Source: Klebsiella phage K64-1. Taken from it: a stretch of 64,000 bases of DNA. The notes beneath the pieces are model-generated. The model searched no databases and was not told the origin of the DNA. It saw nothing but the letters and a program-made list of their open reading frames with translations. This document shows, in pieces, positions 1 through 9,601 of this stretch. The position numbers and the translations under genes were made by a program. The first letter of the stretch is position 1; every line of letters starts with the position of its first letter. The stretch lies in the sequence record AB897757.1. One strand, written 5' to 3'.

Positions 1-195
1 AATCAATAAAGATAAAATCGTATCAATTAAAATTCTGGTATGTAATACAAATACAAATACATTTGAATACATAAAATCAGATTTTGTTATAAATGAATTT
101 ATTTGTTCTTTATTCAATGCTACCTGTCTTGTTGATAGTGTTGAGGGTTACAGCAGAATAACACGAGTACATTGTAAATTAATAGTAGGTATGTA

Positions 196-468
196 ATGCA
201 AAAATATGAATTTGACTCAGTACATATCATCATAAGTACTTTATGGGATATGGATCCTTCTTATACCACAGTGTATTATAAAATATTCTCTTCAATACAA
301 GATGATTTTAATAAAAAATACGCACAAAAAGAAGTACTCATAGAATCGAATAATAAAGTAATAAAAGAAAAAATATCGTACTACATTATTTCCTTTGGTG
401 TATTGAAATTTATTTGTACAAATACATTTAGTAGACAATACTTCAGCGACAGGTGTCAATTATTATGA
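196..468 (+). CDS. hypothetical small protein, member of a tandem paralog family with an (I/E)EYLxxKY / DDFxxKY motif
   Basis: ORF of 90 aa. It shares 'IQDDFNKKYAQK' with the 'LQDDFDSKYNG' of the next ORF. Confidence 0.35.
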   Translation: MQKYEFDSVHIIISTLWDMDPSYTTVYYKIFSSIQDDFNKKYAQKEVLIESNNKVIKEKISYYIISFGVLKFICTNTFSRQYFSDRCQLL

Positions 469-764
469 CTAAAGAAGAATATATGAAAGTTTTGTTCATT
501 AAAGAAATTTTTGTCCAAATGGTATTGGGTACTGATTATTTGTACAAAAATGCATTCATTAACATTCTTGAAGTACTACAAGATGATTTTGATTCAAAGT
601 ATAATGGAATGAAAATAAATTACAAAACATATAATCAGGATTATATTAAAATTATCAAAAAATATACAATTAATTTAAGTTCTGTAAATTTTGAAACTGC
701 ACTTGGAATGAGGTTTAAACATTTTGATTATTATTTGATTCCTATGGGATTTAAAGATGAATAA
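453..764 (+). CDS. hypothetical protein, EYLxxKY-family paralog
   Basis: ORF of 103 aa with motif 'LEVLQDDFDSKYNG'. It overlaps the upstream ORF by 16 nt. Confidence 0.4.
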   Translation: MSIIMTKEEYMKVLFIKEIFVQMVLGTDYLYKNAFINILEVLQDDFDSKYNGMKINYKTYNQDYIKIIKKYTINLSSVNFETALGMRFKHFDYYLIPMGFKDE

Positions 765-1054
765 ATTCGAATACCAATCAATACAATTAATTAAAGAGTA
801 TTCAAATTCTTTACACAGTTCTTTAATTTTTAAAAATAATAATTATTCCACTAAAATTTGTGATATAATTAATAATATAAATGTATATCTAAAGAATTTT
901 CTACAAAATATAAGAATAAAAATATAAAAACCGATGTAGATGTTTTTGTAATAGTTGGTTTCATTATACAACAAGATTTATGTGTTGTAAAATCACTAGC
1001 GAATAGTACTAATTATTTCTTTAATTGTAAATCCCTTATAGAAGGTGAACTTTT

Positions 1055-1393
1055 GTGAATAAACCAAACATTTATCTGGAATTTGATAACAACATAAAGC
1101 AAGTTAATATGTTGAGATCAATTTTAAGAGATTGTTATATAGAAGCATATTACTACAAGAACTGGAATACTAAAATGTATTCTAATACATTATATTACTC
1201 ATTCAATGAATATTTAGATTACATTTCAGAAGAATTCAATGAAAAATATAATTCAATTGTACTTACCTACAATTCAAAAGAACATGTACTGAATAATATA
1301 GAAATGAGTTTGAAATTTATCACATTACATTTATCCAGTTCAGAATCACCAACGACAATTATTATTCATCCTTCATATCTGGATAAAATATAA
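1055..1393 (+). CDS. hypothetical protein, EYLxxKY-family paralog
   Basis: ORF of 112 aa with a GTG start and motif 'NEYLDYISEEFNEKYNS'. Confidence 0.4.
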   Translation: MNKPNIYLEFDNNIKQVNMLRSILRDCYIEAYYYKNWNTKMYSNTLYYSFNEYLDYISEEFNEKYNSIVLTYNSKEHVLNNIEMSLKFITLHLSSSESPTTIIIHPSYLDKI

Positions 1394-1596
1394 TGAATGA
1401 TTTGGATTCACTGTTGTGGTATACTTTATCTGTTCTTTCATTTGAACGTGATAAACACAAAGTACGAGCTTCTAAAAATCCAGACATATTACAGAAAAAG
1501 AAAGAATACGCATTAGTGTATTCTTTGGAAAAATCATTTATTTCTATGCATCTGGAATACAGAGAATACATAACATCAAATGGTATTAAAAAATGA
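1393..1596 (+). CDS. hypothetical small protein
   Basis: ORF of 67 aa, apparently translationally coupled to its neighbours through an ATGA overlap. Confidence 0.3.
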   Translation: MNDLDSLLWYTLSVLSFERDKHKVRASKNPDILQKKKEYALVYSLEKSFISMHLEYREYITSNGIKK

Positions 1597-1928
1597 AATA
1601 TAAATCCATAGTACACAAAAGATTTAAGTCAATATATTACACGGAAATTAATGTTCATAAAAAAGTAAAAGGTATTGATTTTTATATTGATAAAGTATAT
1701 CTGGATTATGATGTAGTTACTAATACATTCGAATGTACAGACCTCTTTGATTCAATACCAGTACCTAACTTGGCTGAATTGAGTGAAGAAGAAGAATTTC
1801 AGTACTCATTAGTATATGAAGATATATGGGGATTTAAATGGGATTATTATCGAATGGTGTCTTATCAAAAAGCACTAATATCCTCTATAAAAAAACAAAA
1901 TTACTTATTAATTAATCTGGAATATTAA
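1593..1928 (+). CDS. short member of the FQYST-motif paralog family
   Basis: ORF of 111 aa containing 'SEEEEFQYSLVYEDI'. Confidence 0.45.
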   Translation: MKYKSIVHKRFKSIYYTEINVHKKVKGIDFYIDKVYLDYDVVTNTFECTDLFDSIPVPNLAELSEEEEFQYSLVYEDIWGFKWDYYRMVSYQKALISSIKKQNYLLINLEY

Positions 1929-1929
1929 T

Positions 1930-2463
1930 ATGCAAAACAAGTACAATTATAATGACCCCGAATTTGCTACACTCGCATATGATATAGCAAAAATGGTAAA
2001 AGACTTAAAGGAATGTGCTATTGGTACTAAGGATATCAGCACTGTAATGAATACCGATGTAAATTTTAAGAAGGAATTACAGGTAACTGATTCGACAAAT
2101 CCATTGGCTGCATTCAAGAATTGTGTGGTAAATTACTATGGTGTAGTACAATGTAACATCGGATATAAATCCCACGAATGTAATATAGTAACTTTTGATG
2201 CATATGGAAATCTCCATGAAATTGATATTTATAAGGGTCAAAAATTAATCATTAAATTCATGGATAGATATCAATGTAGCATATCATATCATTTCGAATT
2301 ACCAAAAATTGATGGTGCATTCATTGATAATTATGATGCTTATATTTTTCAGTTAAGCACTACAAATGAATATTACAGTATCATTGATTTTGTACTTAGA
2401 ATGAAAATGAAATTCCAGAGTAATTTGTACTTAAAAGGAAGTATCCTTGATCTGGTGTTATAA
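1930..2463 (+). CDS. FQYST-motif family paralog
   Basis: ORF of 177 aa containing 'DAYIFQLSTTNEYYSIIDFV'. Confidence 0.45.
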   Translation: MQNKYNYNDPEFATLAYDIAKMVKDLKECAIGTKDISTVMNTDVNFKKELQVTDSTNPLAAFKNCVVNYYGVVQCNIGYKSHECNIVTFDAYGNLHEIDIYKGQKLIIKFMDRYQCSISYHFELPKIDGAFIDNYDAYIFQLSTTNEYYSIIDFVLRMKMKFQSNLYLKGSILDLVL

Positions 2464-2468
2464 AATAT

Positions 2469-2648
2469 ATGAAAATTTTAACAAAAGAAGAAGTACAAAA
2501 ACGATTAATTGTGCATGAAGATTATAAAACAATGCAAAGATTTTTTGAGATTCGTTTGTTGAATTTTATTGGTACTGATTATCAGAATAATTGTGTAAAT
2601 TTTTATATAAAAATGCTTCGATCTGAAATTAAACTAAAATTAAAATGA
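2469..2648 (+). CDS. small protein of the (L/F)xGT(N/D)(F/Y)Q family; not in the supplied ORF track (59 aa)
   Basis: My translation is MKILTKEEVQKRLIVHEDYKTMQRFFEIRLLNFIGTDYQNNCVNFYIKMLRSEIKLKLK. It shares the 'LNFIGTDYQ' motif with ORFs 4649, 4842, 5038 and 6582. Confidence 0.4.
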   Translation: MKILTKEEVQKRLIVHEDYKTMQRFFEIRLLNFIGTDYQNNCVNFYIKMLRSEIKLKLK

Positions 2649-2821
2649 AAAACATTAATAGTATTCAGTACCTTAAATTGTACAAAAAAGCACTGGATGA
2701 TTCCAATACAATGTTGGAGTTTAATGAAAACTTTTTCATATACGTATTGGGAACTAACTATCAAGAAAAGTTAATGCTTCCATATTTGGAAGCTCTCTGC
2801 TATTCAATGAAGAAAAAATGA
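2645..2821 (+). CDS. small protein of the GT(N/D)(F/Y)Q family (58 aa); not in the ORF track
   Basis: My translation is MKNINSIQYLKLYKKALDDSNTMLEFNENFFIYVLGTNYQEKLMLPYLEALCYSMKKK. It has an ATGA overlap with the upstream ORF. Confidence 0.4.
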   Translation: MKNINSIQYLKLYKKALDDSNTMLEFNENFFIYVLGTNYQEKLMLPYLEALCYSMKKK

Positions 2822-3009
2822 AAATGTTAACTCCAACCGAATATGACAATGTAATAAGTTTAGTATATGTTTCTTTACCACGAAAATGTAATTCTATCAG
2901 AAAATTTGAATTATATTTAAAAGCGGTTCTTGATACCAATTATCAGGCACAAATTGCAAATATATTCATTTCAAAACTTATTCTACATATGCAAGGAAAA
3001 ATTATATAA
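2818..3009 (+). CDS. hypothetical small protein
   Basis: ORF of 63 aa immediately followed by a terminator. Confidence 0.3.
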   Translation: MKMLTPTEYDNVISLVYVSLPRKCNSIRKFELYLKAVLDTNYQAQIANIFISKLILHMQGKII

Positions 3010-3022
3010 TTTATTTGAATCG

Positions 3023-3046
3023 AAAAACCCCTTAATTGGGGTTTTT
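3023..3046 (+). terminator. rho-independent terminator
   Basis: Sequence aaaaacccc-ttaatt-ggggttttt, a GC stem followed by a T-run. Confidence 0.55.
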
Positions 3047-3114
3047 GTAATTGACTTTCTCTATAATTTAATGTACAATGACAATAAATGTTACTAACAT
3101 AGGGGTATTATGTT

Positions 3115-3438
3115 TTGAAAATCATACTAGGCGAAGATAAGTATATCAAATTTTTAATCAATTTATATCAATCATTTAATTCAATGCCAGAAGATACTGA
3201 ATATGATAGGAATATGAAATTGATTTCTATAATTATGTCAGATACCATATGTGAACCACACATTGAGTATTTGAACAAAAAATACAAAAACAAAAGAGTA
3301 ACAGACCGACTTAATCATCCATATTATATTAGATATTTTAAAAGTACCCCACTGGCCCTCTTTGCTTATACATTTACTGTTAATTTTCATATGTTCAGTT
3401 TTAAAGATTTATATTTAACCGAGGAGTATTTCGTGTGA
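3115..3438 (+). CDS. hypothetical protein, EYLxxKY-family paralog
   Basis: ORF of 107 aa with a TTG start in the track and motif 'IEYLNKKYKNKRV'. Confidence 0.4.
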   Translation: MKIILGEDKYIKFLINLYQSFNSMPEDTEYDRNMKLISIIMSDTICEPHIEYLNKKYKNKRVTDRLNHPYYIRYFKSTPLALFAYTFTVNFHMFSFKDLYLTEEYFV

Positions 3439-3728
3439 GTACGTATGAACGAATAGATAAAACAATACTAAAAACTTTACAAATGATTTATCGATTGACT
3501 AATTCAAGACACAAATACACTGAAATGTTCACTTATACATTTATTGAGTATCTTAATTCCAGATACGAATATTGTACTATAAATGATGATACATTCAGGG
3601 TGGTTGAATTTAAGATTGGGTTATTTGGTATTTTGTGTGTGATTAATTGTGAAAGAACCTGTAGAAATGAATACATTTATACCCATGATTTAGGTGATGT
3701 AGATTTTGTTGTAAAAAAAACATCATAG
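3435..3728 (+). CDS. hypothetical protein, EYLxxKY-family paralog
   Basis: ORF of 97 aa with motif 'FIEYLNSRYEY'. Confidence 0.4.
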   Translation: MSTYERIDKTILKTLQMIYRLTNSRHKYTEMFTYTFIEYLNSRYEYCTINDDTFRVVEFKIGLFGILCVINCERTCRNEYIYTHDLGDVDFVVKKTS

Positions 3729-3738
3729 AGATGATATA

Positions 3739-4056
3739 ATGAAACTATCAGAAGACAAATATTATTGTACTTTAGATTTAATTGCTGAATTATTTCTTGA
3801 TAATAAAATACGAAAAACATATGCTTCTTATACATTGAGTAAATTGCGAGGCATTCATTATGAAGAATATATTCAGTACTTATCTATGAAATACAAAAAT
3901 TCAGTATGTGATGTTTATTCTCATGGAGAAAGTGTCATTCTTGAATTTTCATATGATCAATTTGGTATTTTAATTTATTGTACTAACAATTCATACGGGT
4001 TTTGTACTAGATTGGATTTTGTGGAAATATCTTCTTATGAAAAAACTGAAAAATAG
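3739..4056 (+). CDS. hypothetical protein, EYLxxKY-family paralog
   Basis: ORF of 105 aa with motif 'YIQYLSMKYKNSVC'. Confidence 0.4.
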   Translation: MKLSEDKYYCTLDLIAELFLDNKIRKTYASYTLSKLRGIHYEEYIQYLSMKYKNSVCDVYSHGESVILEFSYDQFGILIYCTNNSYGFCTRLDFVEISSYEKTEK

Positions 4057-4363
4057 TATAGTACACAAAACAATAAAAATGATTAATACTTCTATCATTT
4101 ATACAGATTTTGTATATTGCTCACAAACATATAAAAATTTATTTGATTTACTAATGGAACCGTATATTGAATATTTGAGAGAAAAATATATCAACAAACA
4201 AGGTTCAAGTTCTTACGGTGTTTCTATGAATTATTTTATAAACATAGTTGAAATAAATTCAGATCACGACTGGTTAGTTATTATTAAAGGACAAAATAGC
4301 ACTTTATGTTCTCAAAATTATGTATATTTCTCAATTGATGATTTTATTATAAAAGATGAATAA
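4019..4363 (+). CDS. hypothetical protein, EYLxxKY-family paralog (the true start is probably internal, about 4079)
   Basis: ORF of 114 aa with motif 'IEYLREKYINKQG'. Confidence 0.4.
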   Translation: MWKYLLMKKLKNSIVHKTIKMINTSIIYTDFVYCSQTYKNLFDLLMEPYIEYLREKYINKQGSSSYGVSMNYFINIVEINSDHDWLVIIKGQNSTLCSQNYVYFSIDDFIIKDE

Positions 4364-4652
4364 AGAAAAAACACAAAGAACGATAGATTATATAGAAGAA
4401 TTACTTTTTGATGATTTGTATATGGGTAATATTATTCCACACAATGGTTCGTTTTTACATGATATAACATATGAAATATTAAAACCATTTATGGATTATC
4501 TTTATGTAAAATATACAGGAAAATTATGTTTAATTAATTCACTTAATACCTGTTCTTATATTACTTCAGTTGAAATAAGAGTTGTTGTTGGTATTGTATT
4601 CCTCACCAATTCAGAAAATAGTTACAAAATGAAGGATATAACAATAATATGA
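4356..4652 (+). CDS. hypothetical protein, EYLxxKY-family paralog
   Basis: ORF of 98 aa with motif 'FMDYLYVKYTGKL'. Confidence 0.4.
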   Translation: MNKEKTQRTIDYIEELLFDDLYMGNIIPHNGSFLHDITYEILKPFMDYLYVKYTGKLCLINSLNTCSYITSVEIRVVVGIVFLTNSENSYKMKDITII

Positions 4653-4858
4653 AAAAGATATCAGATTTGGTATATTATGAAATTTTTTATAAGTACTTTG
4701 ACCGATTTACTAATACTATTCTGGATAAACCGTACAGAAAATATGAAATTGAATTATTGGCGTTCATCGGCACCGATCAACAACAACAGTGTCAGGATGA
4801 TTATATACTAGCGTTGATTCGATACATGAGATTTTACCAAAATGATGAAGAATATTAA
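4649..4858 (+). CDS. small protein of the GT(N/D)(F/Y)Q family
   Basis: ORF of 69 aa with motif 'LAFIGTDQQQQCQDDYILALIRYM'. Confidence 0.45.
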   Translation: MKKISDLVYYEIFYKYFDRFTNTILDKPYRKYEIELLAFIGTDQQQQCQDDYILALIRYMRFYQNDEEY

Positions 4859-5036
4859 TATATTCGAAGCAGAAAAACTTCTAAACAAATATGAAAATGA
4901 ATACAAATACAACCAATGTGATAAATTAAGAAAATCCGAAATTCATTTTTTTGCGTTACTTGGTACTAATTTTCAGGATAACGTTTATAATTTTTATTTC
5001 GGTAATTTACTTAACAAAGCGAGGAATATAAATTAA
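4842..5036 (+). CDS. small protein of the GT(N/D)(F/Y)Q family
   Basis: ORF of 64 aa with motif 'FALLGTNFQDNVYNFYFGNLL'. Confidence 0.45.
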   Translation: MMKNINIFEAEKLLNKYENEYKYNQCDKLRKSEIHFFALLGTNFQDNVYNFYFGNLLNKARNIN

Positions 5037-5037
5037 T

Positions 5038-5220
5038 ATGAAACAGATTACTTTATTGGATTTATCTACCAGAAGAATAGTTGCAAGAAGATCAATGACC
5101 GAATATAATGAAATTAGATATCATGAATTAAATTTGTTTGCATCACTTGGTACTAATTTTCAGGAAAATCACAATCAGATTTATATTACTGCTTTAAAAG
5201 ATTCATTAAAGGTAAAATAA
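5038..5220 (+). CDS. small protein of the GT(N/D)(F/Y)Q family
   Basis: ORF of 60 aa with motif 'FASLGTNFQENHNQIYITAL'. Confidence 0.45.
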   Translation: MKQITLLDLSTRRIVARRSMTEYNEIRYHELNLFASLGTNFQENHNQIYITALKDSLKVK

Positions 5221-5240
5221 AAATAATTTTTAATTTAAAC

Positions 5241-5268
5241 TTGACATTTGTTAATTTTGTGATATAGT
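5241..5268 (+). promoter_or_regulatory. sigma70-like promoter, TTGACA-N16-TGTGATATAGT
   Basis: TTGACA at 5241-5246 and TATAGT at 5263-5268 with a TGn extended -10. The same architecture recurs at 43160, 52118 and 55975. Confidence 0.5.
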
Positions 5269-5346
5269 ATTAAAATGAAATTCAAGTACTGGATTTTGTA
5301 CTGAAAATATTTTGTCAAATTAAATCGACTCATTGGGGTTAATAAA

Positions 5347-5556
5347 ATGAAATACACCGTTATTGGTATTTTGGGTTCAGATATTTGTAGTACTAACACC
5401 TCGCTGGAAGCAGTACAGGTTGTATTGAAACAGATCCCTTTGAGTGAAAAAAATGCGAAAAAGTTTGAAAATCGATTACAAAATGCAAAAGAAGGCTCCA
5501 CGATTTATATTGAATATGGTGGAGCTTCATGTGCTGTTAAAGTTCACAAGAATTAA
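5347..5556 (+). CDS. hypothetical small protein
   Basis: ORF of 69 aa downstream of the promoter, preceded by a GGGG RBS-like stretch. Confidence 0.4.
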   Translation: MKYTVIGILGSDICSTNTSLEAVQVVLKQIPLSEKNAKKFENRLQNAKEGSTIYIEYGGASCAVKVHKN

Positions 5557-5564
5557 GGGTTACT

Positions 5565-5837
5565 ATGAAATTAATTAAAAATATTTTATTCTTTTTTATT
5601 TTTAGTATATGTATTACAAATAATGTATATGCCATACAAATGAATTGTGTCAATGTACAGGACAATAAATTTTGCACAAGTACAGATGAAAATGGTAATA
5701 CAGTACGTACCAACATTTATCGTTTTGGCAATATAGAAACCATCGAATCATCCGGTACTGATTCCAATGGAAACACTTTTGTTAACAAGTGTACTGTAAT
5801 TAAAATGGATAATTATAGTACTATTAATTGTAATTAA
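5565..5837 (+). CDS. secreted Cys-rich small protein
   Basis: N-terminal signal peptide MKLIKNILFFFIFSICITNNVYA followed by several Cys residues. Confidence 0.45.
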   Translation: MKLIKNILFFFIFSICITNNVYAIQMNCVNVQDNKFCTSTDENGNTVRTNIYRFGNIETIESSGTDSNGNTFVNKCTVIKMDNYSTINCN

Positions 5838-5847
5838 GGTACACTAT

Positions 5848-6243
5848 ATGTCATTTATGAAAGATAAAGAATATGCTGACATAATAATTAAAATTATAAA
5901 ACATTTAAAACAACAAAATTCTGATCTAGGAACTTCAAATTTTAATGAATATGCAAGCTTTGGATATTTGTGTTATAATTATAATGAACCAACATTGACT
6001 TATTTTTATGATAAAAAAGACAAAGATTTCGACAAGTTTTTAACTAAGATGGAAGCACTTTCATTTGATATCAGTACAGAAGAAGGTTATTTCCAGGCGT
6101 CTTTGATGTATCCAGATTCACAAATGCGAGTAATATTTTTATTTTCAGAATTGAAAAAGAATTTTAAAAATGATTCATTTGTTATTCCAATGAAGTTACT
6201 AAATGATAATTTAATATATAAAGGTTATGACTGTTATGTCTGA
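5848..6243 (+). CDS. FQYST-motif family paralog
   Basis: ORF of 131 aa containing 'TEEGYFQASLMYPDSQMRVIFLFSELKKNFK'. Confidence 0.55.
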   Translation: MSFMKDKEYADIIIKIIKHLKQQNSDLGTSNFNEYASFGYLCYNYNEPTLTYFYDKKDKDFDKFLTKMEALSFDISTEEGYFQASLMYPDSQMRVIFLFSELKKNFKNDSFVIPMKLLNDNLIYKGYDCYV

Positions 6244-6625
6244 ATTTGAAAAAATTATTAAACGTTGTGAAATGTATTTTTCTTTTATTACCAAAAATAT
6301 AGAAAAAACAGAAAGAGAATATGTTTTAAAATGCGAATACAAAGATAATGGATTTATCTGTTATACACCAGAAAATGATGAATGTTATTTTTATTTTCCA
6401 GATCCAGAATTTGGTTCTTCTGGTATAAAAACAGAAATACCAAATGATGTTCTAACCGAAGAAGGATATTTTCAGTACTCAACTATTTTTGATAATGAAA
6501 AATTATTCAGTATGGTGTTAATGAAATATTTTAAAGATAATTGTGATTTTAGATTTTCTGTAGAGGCTACTGATTGTCTTTTTGATTTCCTACAAAGAAC
6601 AGTGTACAATGAAAATACTAACTGA
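6227..6625 (+). CDS. FQYST-motif family paralog
   Basis: ORF of 132 aa containing 'TEEGYFQYSTIFDNEKLFSMVLMKYFKDNCD'. Confidence 0.55.
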   Translation: MTVMSEFEKIIKRCEMYFSFITKNIEKTEREYVLKCEYKDNGFICYTPENDECYFYFPDPEFGSSGIKTEIPNDVLTEEGYFQYSTIFDNEKLFSMVLMKYFKDNCDFRFSVEATDCLFDFLQRTVYNENTN

Positions 6626-6803
6626 TAGTGATTGCTACAGAATATGTTCTGAAGTATCTTTAAACTCAATCAATAAAAATAAAGCACAACGTGCAGAACT
6701 AATATTAGTAAGATTTATGGGTACAAACTTTGAAGGAATTGCTTTGTATAATTATATGAATTGTTTAATGGAATATTGTAATGAGTTACATAACAGAAAG
6801 TAG
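6582..6803 (+). CDS. small protein of the GT(N/D)(F/Y)Q family, embedded in the FQYST array
   Basis: ORF of 73 aa with motif 'LVRFMGTNFEGIALYNYMNCLMEY'. Confidence 0.4.
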   Translation: MISYKEQCTMKILTDSDCYRICSEVSLNSINKNKAQRAELILVRFMGTNFEGIALYNYMNCLMEYCNELHNRK

Positions 6804-7203
6804 TTACGAAAGAGATATTTTTATGTGTTCAGAAATAATGAGAATTCATGAACGATTTATTGGTCTTGATTCTTCTGCGTGGAGTTTCAGGGAGGATGCA
6901 TATTTAATTTTCAGCCCAGGAACCAAAAATCAAATACAGTACCATCTTTCATCACAAGAACGAAAAGAGTTATTTTTTAATAATTCTGCTTTTCTGAGTT
7001 CAATTGATTTGGATTATCCACTCAAAGAAGACCTTGATTTGTGTACAGAAGAAGGTTATTTTCAGGGTTCATTAATTCTTGACAAAAAATATTTAACAGT
7101 ATATACTATTTTTCAGTTCCTTGATAAAAATTGTAATTCTGCGTTCTCTATTGATATGGTACCTTTTTTGAAGGGGTTTAGACGAAAATATGAAAATAGT
7201 TGA
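6781..7203 (+). CDS. FQYST-motif family paralog
   Basis: ORF of 140 aa containing 'CTEEGYFQGSLILDKKYLTVYTIFQFLDKNCN'. Confidence 0.55.
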   Translation: MSYITESSYERDIFMCSEIMRIHERFIGLDSSAWSFREDAYLIFSPGTKNQIQYHLSSQERKELFFNNSAFLSSIDLDYPLKEDLDLCTEEGYFQGSLILDKKYLTVYTIFQFLDKNCNSAFSIDMVPFLKGFRRKYENS

Positions 7204-7585
7204 TTATGATTACCAAAGGGATCTAGCTATATCTAATATCATTTTGGAACTCTGTGAAGATGATCCTTATTATACTGTAGTTCGAGGGTATAGTAATAAT
7301 GAATACAAAAGTGATGGGTTTTTGGTTTATTCCAATGGAACACCCGTAAATGAAATTCTTGTATTTCCAATGTTCAATGAAATACTACAAAAGAACATGG
7401 TACCAAATAAACTTGTTAAATTAGTCCAAACTGATTTGTTGTCAGAAGAATCATATTTTCAACATAGTACTTTATATGATGCGTTTGAATTACATGTTAT
7501 GTTTATTTTTCAGTACTTAATGAAATATAGTACACATTCAGTATCAATGCCAATGAGATCAATCTGGAATGAATATGAAAAATAG
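7190..7585 (+). CDS. FQYST-motif family paralog
   Basis: ORF of 131 aa containing 'SEESYFQHSTLYDAFELHVMFIFQYLMKYS'. Confidence 0.55.
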   Translation: MKIVDYDYQRDLAISNIILELCEDDPYYTVVRGYSNNEYKSDGFLVYSNGTPVNEILVFPMFNEILQKNMVPNKLVKLVQTDLLSEESYFQHSTLYDAFELHVMFIFQYLMKYSTHSVSMPMRSIWNEYEK

Positions 7586-8108
7586 TTATATCTATGACGA
7601 AAAAGAAAACAAAGATGAACTAATTCAACACATGACTATACAAGAATGTTTTGAATACGCTGATAAAGTAATTGATTTATATAATATCTTACATAATAAA
7701 CCAAAAATCAAAATACTCAATTTAGCTGAACTAGAGTCGGATAAATCAAGAAAACACAAATCTTTTGAATATACAAGTAATGATGATTTGGTTTATTCAG
7801 AAGATAATCATTATTTTGTTGGTACTTCATTTATTGAGATTTATACTGGAATACGATATATTCCAGAGAGTGTTCATAAAATATTAGGTATAACATCAGG
7901 TGGTGGAACATCAAACCTTATTGATATCGGTGATGTTATCATTGAGAACACTGAAGAGGATATTTTCCAGTACAGCACAGTTTACAATGATCACGAATTG
8001 AAGCATTTGATTATTTTAAGTGCAATTAAAAAGAATAAGTGTAGAGAGTTCTTTATGGATTTGAATTATTTGGAATTTTTATTAGATTATCATTATAACT
8101 TAAATTAA
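7569..8108 (+). CDS. FQYST-motif family paralog
   Basis: ORF of 179 aa containing 'TEEDIFQYSTVYNDHELKHLIILSAIKKNKC'. Confidence 0.55.
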   Translation: MNMKNSYIYDEKENKDELIQHMTIQECFEYADKVIDLYNILHNKPKIKILNLAELESDKSRKHKSFEYTSNDDLVYSEDNHYFVGTSFIEIYTGIRYIPESVHKILGITSGGGTSNLIDIGDVIIENTEEDIFQYSTVYNDHELKHLIILSAIKKNKCREFFMDLNYLEFLLDYHYNLN

Positions 8109-8117
8109 AAAAACATC

Positions 8118-8639
8118 ATGAAATCAATTTATACTGAAAGTATTAAAATCATTAATGACATTGATGATTTCTTTAAATATGTAAATTCAAATTCTTATTA
8201 TGCACTTCATAATTTGAATATACTAATTTTTGATCATCCAGGTTCTGTTATTTCTGCATTTGAACCTAAAAATTTTTATCAAATCTGTTTAATTAGAGAT
8301 AATGTCCAGGAATCAATTTTTAAGGTATCATTGAATACAAGATATGAATACTGGAACGAATCAAAAATGTTCTATTTCGACGCGAGCAGAAATGAATTTT
8401 CAATATGTGAAAAAACAAAAATACAAAACACTGTTGATATTTTGGAATATGATAACAATATAGAAGAGTTAGCATTCCAGTACAGTACTGAAGTACAACT
8501 GGAATTTGTTCCTGTTTGTGTATTGGCTTCATACTTAAAGAAAAATCACGACCCGAAATATCCATTATTTAAACTGATACTCAATGATGTTGATTTTTTA
8601 TTAAAACGATTCAAGGAAATAGAAGATTATGATTGGTAA
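8118..8639 (+). CDS. FQYST-motif family paralog
   Basis: ORF of 173 aa containing 'IEELAFQYSTEVQLEFVPVCVLASYLKKNHD'. Confidence 0.55.
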   Translation: MKSIYTESIKIINDIDDFFKYVNSNSYYALHNLNILIFDHPGSVISAFEPKNFYQICLIRDNVQESIFKVSLNTRYEYWNESKMFYFDASRNEFSICEKTKIQNTVDILEYDNNIEELAFQYSTEVQLEFVPVCVLASYLKKNHDPKYPLFKLILNDVDFLLKRFKEIEDYDW

Positions 8640-9120
8640 TTTAGTTGATTTTGCTTCAGTATCAAAATTCTCAGAAAATTTAATTAGAATTCATAAAGCA
8701 TTTACTGATGGTTTCTTTTTGAAAGTACCGAACTTTTGTACTAAACTGGAAGAAGTACAAGGTGAGTATGAATATTCGGTTATTCAACCAATAAAATGTT
8801 CACAAATGTATACCAGTTTAACTGAAGAATATATTATTGATATTAATGATATATATTTTATATCTTTCAATCCTGATTCAGTACTTGAGATATACATTAA
8901 TGCCGTTAGATCAAAAGTACTTAGTACAAAAGATGTAAATTCATTTGATATATCAGAAGAGGGTTACTTCCAGGGAAGCACGATTTATGAACCAGCAATG
9001 TTAAATTCTATTTTCATTGCATCTGTTCTAAATCGAAGTGATTGTGATAAATTTTATTTTGATTTAGATTATTATGATCTTTGTGTTGAGTATATGGAAA
9101 AATATAATTATGTTCAATGA
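8629..9120 (+). CDS. FQYST-motif family paralog
   Basis: ORF of 163 aa containing 'SEEGYFQGSTIYEPAMLNSIFIASVLNRSDC'. Confidence 0.55.
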   Translation: MIGNLVDFASVSKFSENLIRIHKAFTDGFFLKVPNFCTKLEEVQGEYEYSVIQPIKCSQMYTSLTEEYIIDINDIYFISFNPDSVLEIYINAVRSKVLSTKDVNSFDISEEGYFQGSTIYEPAMLNSIFIASVLNRSDCDKFYFDLDYYDLCVEYMEKYNYVQ

Positions 9121-9601
9121 ACGTATCAGAACTGCACAAGAAATTATTCAAATTATAGTAGCAATAGAATCTACTGATAAAAAGTATGATGATTTCAAAA
9201 GTAATTTTACAGAAAAATATGTTCAGGACTCGGATTTTATTCAGTACTATATTAAAGGTGAAGAAAATGTATTCTATGCAAATGAAACATATATTTGTGA
9301 TTATGACAATTCTTCTAGATTTAATTACATCTGTTTTATTCCAAAATCAAATATTATAGTATTTCGCCTTTGTGATGAATTCGAAACAATATATGAGTAT
9401 GAACTTTTTAAAGATTTTTCAGAAGAACAGGCATTTCAGTACAGTACATTGTACAATTATGATATAATTGAAATGATGATTATGTTCTGGTATTTTAACC
9501 AGATCTACAATGGCTCTTTTTATATTAATATGAATTTATTTGAAAAAGCCAAAAAAATATATGAGAGATATCATGACTTCGAATACAAATCCATTAATTG
9601 A
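9074..9601 (+). CDS. FQYST-motif family paralog (the true start is probably ATG at 9110)
   Basis: ORF containing 'SEEQAFQYSTLYNYDIIEMMIMFWYFNQ'. Confidence 0.55.
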   Translation: MIFVLSIWKNIIMFNERIRTAQEIIQIIVAIESTDKKYDDFKSNFTEKYVQDSDFIQYYIKGEENVFYANETYICDYDNSSRFNYICFIPKSNIIVFRLCDEFETIYEYELFKDFSEEQAFQYSTLYNYDIIEMMIMFWYFNQIYNGSFYINMNLFEKAKKIYERYHDFEYKSIN

